Shown in pieces: positions 26,301-35,097 of a stretch of 64,000 bases of DNA. Within the stretch, counting starts at the first letter, position 1, and every line of letters begins with the position of its first letter. A program made the translations under genes and the position numbers. The notes under the pieces are model-generated. The model was not told the origin of the DNA and ran no database searches. It worked only from the letters and a program-made list of their open reading frames with translations. Origin of the DNA: Candidatus Aminicenantes bacterium (GTDB lineage Bacteria; Acidobacteriota; Aminicenantia; Aminicenantales; JAFGBC01); NCBI GenBank assembly GCA_963702005.1, contig OY969696.1:2592001-2656000 (forward strand), given 5' to 3'.

Positions 26301-26898
26301 GGTCGCGGTCGATCTTGTACTGCCGTATGGAATCCTCAACCGTCTGCCCCGTGAGGGGGTTCTTGAGCTCGGCGGTGAAGATCGGGACACCATTCAGAAA
26401 TAGCACCATGTCGAGGCTCTGGGCGGTTTTTTCGCTGTAGGCGAGCTGACGGACGACCGCGAAGAGATTCGCCGCGTGGAGCCGCTGGAGCGCTTCGTTA
26501 AGCCCGCTCGACGGACGGAAGAAGGCCGTCTGGAACTTACAGCCGGAGTCCTTGAAGCCGTTGCGGAGGACGTCGAGGGTGCCGCGCCGCTCGATTTCGC
26601 GCGACAGCCGCTTGAGAAATTGCTCCTTGACCGCGGCCCCATGGTGTTGTTTGAGCTTTTCCCATTCCTTGGGCTGGGTCGCCAGGACGAAATCGATGAC
26701 GGCGCTCGGCAGAAGGCAGAGCGACTGGTCATATTCTTCGGGCGGACGCTTACGATAGCCCCCGGCCGGGAATTCACCATAGGGCGTGGGCTCTTCGCGG
26801 ACCCCGGCGGCCTCTCCGACGCATGCGTCCGGCCCAAAGCGCAACAGCCCGCACTCGATCGTATTTTCAAAGCTTCGTTCGGAGACTTCAACCGTCAT
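23389..26898 (-). CDS. hsdR: Type I restriction subunit R fused to a C-terminal Schlafen/AlbA_2 domain
   Basis: D..ELKN nuclease, HSAGSGKS, DEAH, FTATPK, QTGFDQP and QTLSRLNR. The C-terminus reads GESKTLEFKSS...IAAFLNTAGGDLLIGVADEG...FYVR. Confidence 0.92.
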   Translation of the reverse strand: MTVEVSERSFENTIECGLLRFGPDACVGEAAGVREEPTPYGEFPAGGYRKRPPEEYDQSLCLLPSAVIDFVLATQPKEWEKLKQHHGAAVKEQFLKRLSREIERRGTLDVLRNGFKDSGCKFQTAFFRPSSGLNEALQRLHAANLFAVVRQLAYSEKTAQSLDMVLFLNGVPIFTAELKNPLTGQTVEDSIRQYKIDRDPREPLFAYGRCLAHFAVDPDLVYVTTRLAGPRTRFLPFNQGKFGGAGNPPVPPTQKGYPTAYLWEKIWARDSVLDLIRQFIHEIEDEDERGRKISGRTLIFPRYQQLDAVRRLVAHARQNGAGQRYLVQHSAGSGKSFTIAWLAHRLATLHDLQDKRVFDSIVVVTDRRILDRQLQATMRQFEQTLGVVENIDTTSHQLKQALESGKTIIVTTLQKFPVIVGEIGDLPGHRFAVIVDEAHSSQSGESTKSLKSVLAAGSLEEAEREEAGAETPEEELEATILAEMEKRGRLPNLSLFAFTATPKSKTLELFGTKRADGKFAPFHLYSMRQAIEEGFILDVLDNYTTYKAYWRLLKKIEDDPRYDKSKAQYLLKAFVELHPHAIGEKVRIMVEHFVAQVSNEIGGKAKAMIVTRSRLHAVRFKLALDHYIQEKGLPFKALVAFSGKVADGGQSYTESGMNGFSEKQTAKVFERSEYRFLVCANKFQTGFDQPLLHTMYVDKKLGGVNAVQTLSRLNRIHPEKRGTMVLDFANEADAIRDAFEPYYETTLLSEATDPNLLYEIQTRLMGFPVFTKADVERFAKVYFDRRATQDQLYAVLAPVTTRFAGLPADEQHDFRGQLTDYVRLYAFLAQVLTFADTELEKLYVFARHLRRLIPGDQDTLPREVQQNIDMESYRIRQTGSGKITPERKGGQLAPVMTKDQRSGQEELLEPLSQIIAELNERFGLNLGPEHRLTLGQILQKLNEDAALDASARVNTRENIRLTFDHKVEDAIQEIVDSNFDLYKRITDDRAFGAALRDFLFDHYLRAHRQAEELIKRGESKTLEFKSSLRWNLREDKKDDKLITHSVLKTIAAFLNTAGGDLLIGVADEGTVTGIEKDRFESDDEFMRHLAQAVRNGLGDRAGTCIDPKTQIVQGKTVCLVSCQRSPEPVFLKWKGTEEAASGDFYVRSGPGSVKLSPESAAEYIRTRFE

Positions 26899-27829
26899 GG
26901 CGCTTCTCCCGAGGTCGCCACGGCCCGCCGGGTTCCCAGACCTCGTTGAATTCCGTTCTCGCATTGAGCGCTTGAAGAACCGGGAGGAGGAAGTTTCTTA
27001 TTCTTATCACGACTTGCTGGAGCGGCAGGGTTGCTGAACTCTTCCCGATCCTGCGCAGAAACGCTCCCCATTGTATGTTCTTGTCCTTATCTTGGGCGAA
27101 CTCGTCAGTAAACGCAACCGGCAGCTCTGATAGTGATGTAAACACTCCTCGTTTGAGCGACACCCGCACGGCTCTCTGAAGCTCTGCGCCATTAAATGAA
27201 AATAGGTCCCCCAAGACAGCGATGTCATAAAAATCTTTCATTCGGCTGTTCAACATCCCAAGTTCCAACATAGCATCGAGTTTTTCCGTTATGGTAGTTT
27301 CTTTTCGATAGGCTAGGATACGAGGCGCCGGCATGTCGAGGAGAGTTGGGTAAAAAACGTATTCCGGTTCCGGCCATACGCTGTCGCCGATCCCGATATC
27401 AACTTGAAGAGGAATCCTGATGTTCCCCAAACGGGCCATGAACTTGGTGCGAAATCCGTGGTATTCGGTCTCGTCGCGGATCGGCTCGACAACCATGGTG
27501 TCCGCAACGAAGGTCAATCCGTCGGGCTCCACTTTCATACGGCCGATTTTCGAGAAGACTCGACGGAGCCGGGCTTCCGTAGGGTTGCCGATTCCCAAGA
27601 GATCAAGGTCCATCGTCGTACGCGGCAAATCGCTGGTCCATAGCACAAACAGCATGGCGCCTTTTACGACAAAACTCTCGGCGTGGTCGGATTTCCCAAG
27701 CCGATAGAGCCAACGCTCGAACGCGTACCTTCTCAAGACCGGCGTGAAATCGTGAGTCCTCGCCGGGTCGAGGTTGAGCAGCCGCTGATGAACGGAAGCC
27801 GGGAGATTCGTTATAGGGTCCTTGGTCAC
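26888..27829 (-). CDS. AbiEii/AbiGii nucleotidyltransferase toxin (type IV TA)
   Basis: Motifs VKGAML, RTTMDLDL, VDIGIGD, TEKL and NSRMKDFYD. GTGA overlap with the antitoxin stop. Confidence 0.9.
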   Translation of the reverse strand: MTKDPITNLPASVHQRLLNLDPARTHDFTPVLRRYAFERWLYRLGKSDHAESFVVKGAMLFVLWTSDLPRTTMDLDLLGIGNPTEARLRRVFSKIGRMKVEPDGLTFVADTMVVEPIRDETEYHGFRTKFMARLGNIRIPLQVDIGIGDSVWPEPEYVFYPTLLDMPAPRILAYRKETTITEKLDAMLELGMLNSRMKDFYDIAVLGDLFSFNGAELQRAVRVSLKRGVFTSLSELPVAFTDEFAQDKDKNIQWGAFLRRIGKSSATLPLQQVVIRIRNFLLPVLQALNARTEFNEVWEPGGPWRPREKRHDG

Positions 27830-28440
27830 GACAGGGCTTCCATATAGGGCTTCATAATCTTCTGAACTCGACAAATCTTGGCATAATGCCATAGCTCGTC
27901 GCGGGTGGCCTTGTGCGACCGAAGACAATCTCTGAGCGCCTCGACAGCCACGTCCAGCCCGATTTTATTGCGGAACTTGAACGTGTCAGCAACCGTCTTG
28001 GCGGGGTTGTAGACGCGGATTCTGCCTCCCGGAAAATCACGGACTTCGATACCTTCAGAGAAGGCCTTTCCCGATGAGTAGACAAATCGCAGGCGGAGAG
28101 TCTCGATTCTCGGCCGCCAAGCGCTATTGGGGAGGGCCAGCCAAACGTCATATGGCTCCTGTGTGCCGATTTCATGAAAACGGAGAGCGGAAAGGAGGCA
28201 AACAACCCCCTTCGGCACGAGCTTTGAGGCTTCGATAAGTGTCCGATGCTCCTCCATCTGCCCGCCGAGCCTATAGAGCCCGCGGCCCGCCCGTTCGATG
28301 AGGCCTCTTTTATAAAGATAACGCAGCATCTCGCGGGAAATTCCCATTTCGGCAAGATCTCGGGAGCGCAGACTTCCACGGCTCTTAAGAAGCCCGATGG
28401 CCTTCTTCGTAACCTCGCCCGAAATGCGAATTTTTTCCAT
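27826..28440 (-). CDS. AbiEi antitoxin / transcriptional regulator
   Basis: Winged-HTH RAGRGLY. Motifs GVVCLLSAL.FH, YNPAKTVADTFKFRNKIGLDVAVEAL and MKPYMEA. Confidence 0.9.
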   Translation of the reverse strand: MEKIRISGEVTKKAIGLLKSRGSLRSRDLAEMGISREMLRYLYKRGLIERAGRGLYRLGGQMEEHRTLIEASKLVPKGVVCLLSALRFHEIGTQEPYDVWLALPNSAWRPRIETLRLRFVYSSGKAFSEGIEVRDFPGGRIRVYNPAKTVADTFKFRNKIGLDVAVEALRDCLRSHKATRDELWHYAKICRVQKIMKPYMEALS

Positions 28441-28459
28441 ATTTGACATTTCCCAGGTA

Positions 28460-28487
28460 ATTATAAACATTTACATAGGAATTGCAA
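28460..28487 (-). promoter_or_regulatory. Putative sigma70 promoter for abiEi-abiEii-hsdR
   Basis: Minus strand TTGCAA-16 nt-TATAAT, about 20 bp upstream of the ATG at 28440. Confidence 0.55.
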
Positions 28488-28554
28488 GTCTTTTCTCGAA
28501 GGGGAGGAGGACTCCTTGCCCAAGTTATTTACGTAACTTTTATAAGCCCCCCGC

Positions 28555-28586
28555 TTATTAAAGGATAATGGCTTATCCTTTAATAA
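28555..28586. promoter_or_regulatory. Perfect 14-bp inverted repeat, possible operator
   Basis: ttattaaaggataa-tggc-ttatcctttaataa in the divergent intergenic region. Confidence 0.5.
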
Positions 28587-28896
28587 CGATTTTCGGCTGA
28601 TATTCCATATGCTTTGTAACTTCTCTTTGTCTTTTCCAGAACGACCATCATCTTCTCATTTTAGGCCAAATGAATCTCGCTAATCTAGAATTCGAGAAAA
28701 GTCCCTTCGGCTTTCTTCTATGGACCGGTAATGATCCGGCTCATATTGCTGCTTGCCGTATGGCAGTGATTATCTTAAGATGTTTTATAGCGCTTAGTTT
28801 TTTCCCCAATATTTCGCTTCCGCTGAGGATGTTCCAGCGCTATCAACGCTTCCATGTCGGCCATGGCGCATATGAATTGACAGGATTCAAAATAAG

Positions 28897-29862
28897 ATGA
28901 GAACCCTAAAAACATTTTGGACAGGGCTAATCACCTTAGGTGAAGAACCCCTCCAACCGAATCCTCCGTTTATTGGAGCCGGTTGGACGGCGATTCTTGC
29001 ACCTCAAAGGAAAGATCCGCCCACGATTTATAAAGGAAGAGAAATAGTAATTAGCACAAGATCGTGGGCGGTAGCTCAACGTGCACTGGATCTTATCCAC
29101 GGTTGTCATCAGCTAGTGAATGATATCCCTCCATTTGTTTCCATACACCCGATCGCATACAACATGACAGAGCCCCGCTGGATGGAACCAGAAGAGAGAC
29201 AACGCCAATATGAAATAGAATTCAGCACCGCGGATTTCCCTCTTGCGTGTGCCCTCGCGGCAAAAGCTTCGCGACGTCGGCAATGGGCCTATGCTGTTGC
29301 CAAGTGGAAGTTCAGTAGGTCACTGTACTCAGTTCACCATATTGATCTTGAGCCATGGATATCTCGTCATCTGCCAGTTTCCTCATTCCCAGATGATCAT
29401 GTAATGTTCGCTTATGCCATTGTTACATCTTACTCAGTCCTGGAGGATCTTGGCATGGAACTTAGGGCTTCATCCAGCAGACCAAGCCGGGTTAAGGGAG
29501 AATGGAATCCTATTGTGCTACAGGATCTTGAACGACGCTTGAATAAAGGTGGTGTAAATTTAAAGGAGACACTACTCTGGACCGTGCGCGGGACAAAACG
29601 CAAAATAGAGAAGCGCAGGCCCATTCCACCAGCGGCAAGGGCCCCGTGGTCTGGGTGGACCGTGCGAGACTCTGAGCTTCCGATAGCGGACGCTATTGCT
29701 TATGCCGACTGGATGCGTGACTGTGTCGCCTCACACAACGTAAAAGATCTGACGCGCGTTCTTTCACCTTATGATGTGGTCAATGTACAGCATTTAGCGA
29801 GAAGGCTACTACTGGAATGTCTTGGTTTCTGGCGCTGGCGTGAGAAAAGGCGTTCCCAATAA
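28897..29862 (+). CDS. Hypothetical protein, possible HEPN-like RNase
   Basis: 321-aa ORF of lower GC. Helical C-terminus with YSVLE and an R-X5-H motif (RDCVASH). Confidence 0.6.
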   Translation: MRTLKTFWTGLITLGEEPLQPNPPFIGAGWTAILAPQRKDPPTIYKGREIVISTRSWAVAQRALDLIHGCHQLVNDIPPFVSIHPIAYNMTEPRWMEPEERQRQYEIEFSTADFPLACALAAKASRRRQWAYAVAKWKFSRSLYSVHHIDLEPWISRHLPVSSFPDDHVMFAYAIVTSYSVLEDLGMELRASSSRPSRVKGEWNPIVLQDLERRLNKGGVNLKETLLWTVRGTKRKIEKRRPIPPAARAPWSGWTVRDSELPIADAIAYADWMRDCVASHNVKDLTRVLSPYDVVNVQHLARRLLLECLGFWRWREKRRSQ

Positions 29863-29911
29863 GGATACAACCCATGGGATCGAAAGCAGCTATTATATTT
29901 CAAGAATGTAA

Positions 29912-31252
29912 CTATCGACTTACCCCGTTTGTTATGTTCCTGATATCAATTTTACCAGTAACCGCAAAAGAAATGAGGGCCGTGCGGTATTCTTTGAGAC
30001 AACCCGCTGCTCTCCTTATGGTCATCAGCAAAGCATCAATCTTGCTAACTGCATTGTCCAATTGATCGGCTATGCGTTGTTGTTCTTTTATGGGCGGAAT
30101 TGGTGTTGATATTTCAAAGAAACCATCGGGGTACAACCGTAGCCTAGATTTCCAGATGCCTTTAGAGTACCTAGTAAGTTCGGCTACATGGAGAGGTGTT
30201 CTGCAAAGGTAGTCATAATAGCGCGGGTCGAGAGAACTTGTTCGTAGAACATAAACATTATATGAAGGGCTGACAATACCGCTTTCTTTTGATATCCCCA
30301 ATGCGCCCATCCAGGCCCACATCGTGTTTATCGCGAGTTCACCTGCACTACATATTTTATAATCCTCCAATGACTCGGCCTCGATCATTGTGACATTCTT
30401 CTCGGAGCGCCGAGTTACTCCCGAAAGATGCGATACCGTCAGTAGCTCCTCATCGCCATAATCGGATCGGATATCCGAATCTTCAAATAGTCTTTTGTTG
30501 GATTCTATCGCCCAGTGTGTCGGAATCTCCCCGAGCCACTCGACGCCGGAGTCTTTCATGGGTACGGTTGGGACGAGGCCTTTGGTGACTGCTTGGGTGA
30601 TTAGGGCCGTGCGCTTTTCCTGAAGCAATTCGATCAGCCGTTCTTTTTTCTCGATGAGGGCATCGATCTTTGCCGTCTCACGTTCGAGGAAGGCAGATAT
30701 GGCTCTTTGTTCATCAGCGTCGGGGATAGCAATGGGGATGCTCATAACCTGGTCGGGACTCGCTCTCGGCATTTTTGTCCCATATGTCATTGCATTTATC
30801 CAGGCTATGAAGCCGGGACTCAAGAGTTGATAAGCTAGAAAAGATGGACTAATCTCTCCTCCAGATCGAAACACAAGGAGTTCTGAGGAACATCGTCCAT
30901 CAAAACTCGAGAGGAGCACTTTTGCTAGATATGGACGGAGCTTTCCGAATAGAACATCTCCTGATCGAAAACAGGTATATAGCCCTTCGGCCTCTTGCCC
31001 CTCGCTTGACCCGTATCCCGCTGCGCTAACCATTTTTCCCGTGAGCGATTCAAGATGTTCCAAGCCTATATATGGAATCTCCACCGCAATTCCGTCTATG
31101 CGGTCTGTTATTAAAGGCGCAATATACTTTAGGGGCCGTACTTTCCAGTTCTCCGGGATTTTTCCCAGCCACTCGACGCCTGAATCTTTGTATCGAGGAT
31201 AGGGGTGGAACTGTCGGCGTTCGATTCCCAAGCTATTTTGATCTTTACTCAC
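29912..31252 (-). CDS. hsdS: Type I R-M specificity subunit
   Basis: Two KDSGVEWLG(K/E)IP conserved repeats, two TRDs, P..EQ..I spacers and a C-terminal VTGKID. Probable GTG start at 31252. Confidence 0.93.
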   Translation of the reverse strand: MSKDQNSLGIERRQFHPYPRYKDSGVEWLGKIPENWKVRPLKYIAPLITDRIDGIAVEIPYIGLEHLESLTGKMVSAAGYGSSEGQEAEGLYTCFRSGDVLFGKLRPYLAKVLLSSFDGRCSSELLVFRSGGEISPSFLAYQLLSPGFIAWINAMTYGTKMPRASPDQVMSIPIAIPDADEQRAISAFLERETAKIDALIEKKERLIELLQEKRTALITQAVTKGLVPTVPMKDSGVEWLGEIPTHWAIESNKRLFEDSDIRSDYGDEELLTVSHLSGVTRRSEKNVTMIEAESLEDYKICSAGELAINTMWAWMGALGISKESGIVSPSYNVYVLRTSSLDPRYYDYLCRTPLHVAELTRYSKGIWKSRLRLYPDGFFEISTPIPPIKEQQRIADQLDNAVSKIDALLMTIRRAAGCLKEYRTALISFAVTGKIDIRNITNGVSR

Positions 31253-31253
31253 G

Positions 31254-31619
31254 TTAAATGTATTCCCGATCGATCGGCCCATCGCCTAAATCTATAACTG
31301 AGGAGCAATAATAGACGCGGAAAAGCTTCCTGAACGTTTTCATTGAACGGTCTTTCGGCCAGAGAGACGGATCTGCACACCAGCCGTCGAGTTCGATCTC
31401 AAAAATGGTCTTGAAGTTCCGCTTTAACCAGCTCTCCGCGTCCGCATCTTGTTCCGGTATAAGATATGCTGTCGAATCTGCGACCAGTTCTTCTAAATTC
31501 AACGCCGCATCATCATCGGGGTTTTTCCTGGCCCACTCCAAGAAACCCTCCGTCGGCACGACAACGAGGACGTTGCGATTTATCGTAGGCAGGTTTTCAT
31601 AGTGCATATCATGTTTCAT
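31254..31619 (-). CDS. Small hypothetical protein inserted between hsdM and hsdS
   Basis: 121 aa with protein-like motifs INR....P...FLEW, YLIP and IFEIELDGW....LWP. Fits the operon spacing. Confidence 0.7.
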   Translation of the reverse strand: MKHDMHYENLPTINRNVLVVVPTEGFLEWARKNPDDDAALNLEELVADSTAYLIPEQDADAESWLKRNFKTIFEIELDGWCADPSLWPKDRSMKTFRKLFRVYYCSSVIDLGDGPIDREYI

Positions 31620-31642
31620 GGCACAATTCTCTCACTAGACAA

Positions 31643-33760
31643 CTAATCCTCTGGTTTCGATCCTGTAATCTCAGCCAACATCTGGACGATATCCTTCTCG
31701 CTAGCCCGGATATCCGCCTCGATCTCCTCGAGCGGGCGGGGTGGGACATATTTGTAGAAATAACGGTTGAAGTTGATTTCGTAGCCGATGAGGCCGACCA
31801 GACCGTCCTTGGAGTCACGTCTGGACGTATCGATCCAAGCGTCGGGGACATGGGGTAGCACCTCTCGTTCGAAAAACGCCCGGACGCTTGCCGGGACGCC
31901 CTGGGCGTCGATCGGATCGGGGCCGTCGACCAACGAAATGCTTTCGGTGTCACGGAGCTCGGGGTCGGGCTCCGGATTCCCGTCTTTGTCGCGGCAGACA
32001 GCGGCGGTCTCGTCCCGCTCCGACAGAGCCGCGAGAATCGCCTTGGTGATCGGCACCGGGAGCTTGAGCCCGGCTTTCTTTGCCGCCGCCTCGAGGATAT
32101 CGAGAAATTCTTCCCTGTCTTTGAAAAGCTCGTTCGGGAGCGCCCGCAGGAGACTTCTGATTTCCTCTTGAAACTCCCGCCCTTCAGCCTGCTCCTTCGC
32201 GGCGGCCTGGCCTTTTTTCTTGGACTGGGCCAGATTCTGGAAAGCCCGCTCGTCCTCAAGCCGCGCGATACGCTCCGGGCTCGCCTGGAAATTGAGGCGA
32301 AGGGGCCGCTCGACCGTGACTTTGCGGAAACCGAAATGCTTGGTCGGGTAGATCTTGACGAACTCGCCCTCCTCGAAGGCGCCGAGAAGCCGGAGGATTT
32401 CCTTGGCCTTTTCCGGAGGAATCTCGCGTCGCTTATCGCCGAGGCTTTTCCGCATCGGCACCCAGAAGGAAGTTGCGTCGATGAGCTGGACATTACCCTT
32501 GCGCTTCGGGGCTTTACGATTGGTGAGGACCCAGATATAGGTGGCGATTCCGGTATTATAGAAGAGCTGTTCCGGAACCGCGATCAGCGCCTCGAGCCAG
32601 TCTTTCTCGAGGACGAAGCGACGGATCTCGCTCTCGCCGCTTCCGGCGTCGCCCGTAAATAGCGGCGAGCCGTTCATGATGATGGCGACGCGCGAGCCGC
32701 CCTCCTTGGGTTCTTTCATATGGGCGATCATATGGAGGAGGAAGAGCAGCTGGCCGTCGCTGATGCGGGGCAGACCCGGGCCGAAGCGTCCCGCCGGCCC
32801 GCGTTCGTGCTCGGCGGTGACGGCTTCCTCGTCACGCTTCCAGTCCTTGCCGTAGGGAGGATTGGCGATCAGGTAATCGAACGAGCGGCCGGAATGGCGG
32901 TCGTTCGAGAGCGTGCTGCCGAAGACGATATTTTCAGCGTCCAGGCCGTCGGCCGACTTCATAAATAGGTCGGATTTGCAGACGGCGAATGTTTCAGGAT
33001 TGACCTCTTGGCCGAAGAGGTGGACGCCGGCCTCGGGATTGAGCGGCTCGCGGATAACGGCGCCGTTTTTGCGTCGGCCGACGAGGATATGGTCTTTCGT
33101 GGTTGTCAGCATGCCGCCAGAGCCTGAGCAGGGGTCGTAGACCGAGACGACGGCGCCCTTGCGGCGGATGCGGACTTCGTCGCCGGATAGGAGCAGGTCG
33201 GCCATGAGATGGACGACATCGCGCGGGGTGAAGTGCTCGCCCGGGTTTTCGTTCAAGGCTTCGTTGAACTTGCGGATGAGCTCCTCGAAAATCGTGCCCA
33301 TGGTGGGGTTGTCGACTTTATCGGGATGGAGGTCGACGTTTTTGAAGCGCTCGAGCACCTGGAAGAGGAGGCCGGCTTCATCGAGTTTGGCGATTGTGTT
33401 GTCGAAGTCGAATTTCTCGAGGACCTCGCGCATGTTCAGGCTGAAGCCGGCGATGTAGTTGCGCAGGTTGGCGGCCAGATGGGGCGCGTCGGCCAGGAGC
33501 TTCTCGATATCGTAACGGGAGGTGGCGTAGAAGGCGAAGCCGGCGGCTTTTCTAAGCTGGGGATCGAGGTTTTCGAGCTTCGTGCCCTTGAGTTTGGCCT
33601 GGGTTTCGAGGACGCGCGGCTTGGTCGGGGCAAGGACGCCGTCCAGGCGGCGGAGGACGGTGAGCGGCAGGATGACATCCTGGTACTTGCCGCGTTTGAA
33701 CGTGTCGCGGATAAGGTCGGCGACTCCCCAGATGAAGCTGACGATTTCGCTATGGTTCAC
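31643..33760 (-). CDS. hsdM: Type I R-M N6-adenine methyltransferase
   Basis: Motifs FIWGVADLIR, GEHFTPRDVV, YDPCSGSGGML, NPPYG, FYNTGIATY and GYEINFNRYFY. GTG start at 33760. Confidence 0.95.
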   Translation of the reverse strand: MNHSEIVSFIWGVADLIRDTFKRGKYQDVILPLTVLRRLDGVLAPTKPRVLETQAKLKGTKLENLDPQLRKAAGFAFYATSRYDIEKLLADAPHLAANLRNYIAGFSLNMREVLEKFDFDNTIAKLDEAGLLFQVLERFKNVDLHPDKVDNPTMGTIFEELIRKFNEALNENPGEHFTPRDVVHLMADLLLSGDEVRIRRKGAVVSVYDPCSGSGGMLTTTKDHILVGRRKNGAVIREPLNPEAGVHLFGQEVNPETFAVCKSDLFMKSADGLDAENIVFGSTLSNDRHSGRSFDYLIANPPYGKDWKRDEEAVTAEHERGPAGRFGPGLPRISDGQLLFLLHMIAHMKEPKEGGSRVAIIMNGSPLFTGDAGSGESEIRRFVLEKDWLEALIAVPEQLFYNTGIATYIWVLTNRKAPKRKGNVQLIDATSFWVPMRKSLGDKRREIPPEKAKEILRLLGAFEEGEFVKIYPTKHFGFRKVTVERPLRLNFQASPERIARLEDERAFQNLAQSKKKGQAAAKEQAEGREFQEEIRSLLRALPNELFKDREEFLDILEAAAKKAGLKLPVPITKAILAALSERDETAAVCRDKDGNPEPDPELRDTESISLVDGPDPIDAQGVPASVRAFFEREVLPHVPDAWIDTSRRDSKDGLVGLIGYEINFNRYFYKYVPPRPLEEIEADIRASEKDIVQMLAEITGSKPED

Positions 33761-33842
33761 AGGGCTGTCTCCAAAAAGCGCTTCCCCATGGATGAACGGG
33801 TTCAAGATAGAGGATAGCCCCGCTCCGGCCGGGATGTCAATA

Positions 33843-33901
33843 AAGGTTCGAGCGGGAAAGAGAATTTAGGGCCGGTGCTTTTGGGCGTTGCGCCAGAAGG
33901 C
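33843..33901 (+). repeat. 59-bp direct repeat, right boundary of the defence island
   Basis: Identical to 22628-22686. Confidence 0.95.
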
Positions 33902-34000
33902 ATAGGCCGGGATGCCGGCCGGCCAGGATGAGGCAGTCGAGCAAAGACTGGACGGGCTGCGCCCAGGCGGTTCAAGGCTTAACTCGCCGGGAAGGCGGGA

Positions 34001-34990
34001 TCAGGATTTCTTCTTGAGGACTTCAAGGACCTCCTGGATGAGCTGTTTGGAGCCCTGGTAGAGGGCCGTTCGCTGATGGGGTTTTTCGGGGACGATATCC
34101 AGGATGTTCCGTCCGTTTTCGTCGATGGCCAGCCCGCCCGCTTCGCAGCACATGAAGGCGGTGACGGCCGCCTCGTACATGAGCCGGAGCTTGCCCTGGG
34201 GCTTGTTCTTCTTCGGGTCGGGATGGTTGACGATGGCCGGATACATGAAGATTCCGCCGTTGGTCAAGATTCTGTGGAAATCGCCGGCCAGGGCGCCCAG
34301 GTAACGGAAGGCGTACTTCTTCTCGTTCAGGGCCAACCAGCCCTGGAGGCCGGTCGCGTAGGTCTCCCGGTTGGCCGAGTTGTAGGAGATCTCCCAGCTC
34401 TTCCTGTCCTCGGGCAGCGTCATCTGGGTCGGTTTGACGTAGTTCATGACCTCGTCGATGTGAAACCGCCAGCAGCCGGCTTGGCGGAGGGCGATCGTGA
34501 AGGTTCCGGTCGGGATGACGAACATGCCGGCCGCGATGTACTCCCTGCCCGAGCGCAGGTGAAGGTCCTCGGGGCCCTCCAGGTTCCGCTTGGCTACCCC
34601 GAACAGGAAACCGATCGGCAGGTTGTGGGGGACGTTCGAGGAGCCGTCCATGGGGTCGTAGTAGACGAAGTAGCGGCCGCCGTCGATGTTCATCAGGACC
34701 GGCTCCTCTTCCTCTTCGCTGACGATCTGGATGACCCGGCCCGAACGGCTCAAGTAATGTTTGACGACCTCGTTGGCGATCTCGTCCATCTTGAGGACGT
34801 TCTCGCCCTGGACATTGATGGAGCCGGCCAATCCCAGGTTTCCGCGCAAGGCCCCGGTCAGGTAATAATACTGGATGCGCTTGGCGGCGTTGAGGATGGA
34901 GTTCATCAGGATCAAGAAATGATAGGTCCGGTTGTGGCGCTCCTGATGTTCGAGAAGAAAATCCATGAAAGTCTGTTCGAAGTTCAGCAT
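34001..34990 (-). CDS. fbp: Fructose-1,6-bisphosphatase class 1
   Basis: Motifs NVQGE..KMD, SEE, DPMDGSSN, RY.G...D.HR.L..GGIF.YP and GKLRLMYE. Confidence 0.93.
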   Translation of the reverse strand: MLNFEQTFMDFLLEHQERHNRTYHFLILMNSILNAAKRIQYYYLTGALRGNLGLAGSINVQGENVLKMDEIANEVVKHYLSRSGRVIQIVSEEEEEPVLMNIDGGRYFVYYDPMDGSSNVPHNLPIGFLFGVAKRNLEGPEDLHLRSGREYIAAGMFVIPTGTFTIALRQAGCWRFHIDEVMNYVKPTQMTLPEDRKSWEISYNSANRETYATGLQGWLALNEKKYAFRYLGALAGDFHRILTNGGIFMYPAIVNHPDPKKNKPQGKLRLMYEAAVTAFMCCEAGGLAIDENGRNILDIVPEKPHQRTALYQGSKQLIQEVLEVLKKKS

Positions 34991-35097
34991 GGAACCTCCC
35001 CGAGCCAACGACGGCGATTCATAAAAAATCCATATCACAAGCGCCGCTTAAAGGTCAAGAGATCGAGGCCGGCTGCTTGCGGTGGCTGACGATATCC

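Noticed and set aside
28670-28900. 76-aa ORF upstream of the orphan gene
   Set aside because: No RBS or recognisable motif, and it lies in an AT-rich intergenic tract. Cannot be supported.
30531-31189. Repeat within hsdS as a phase-variation (shufflon) site
   Set aside because: These are the ordinary direct conserved regions (KDSGVEWLG) of HsdS. There is no silent hsdS copy or invertase.
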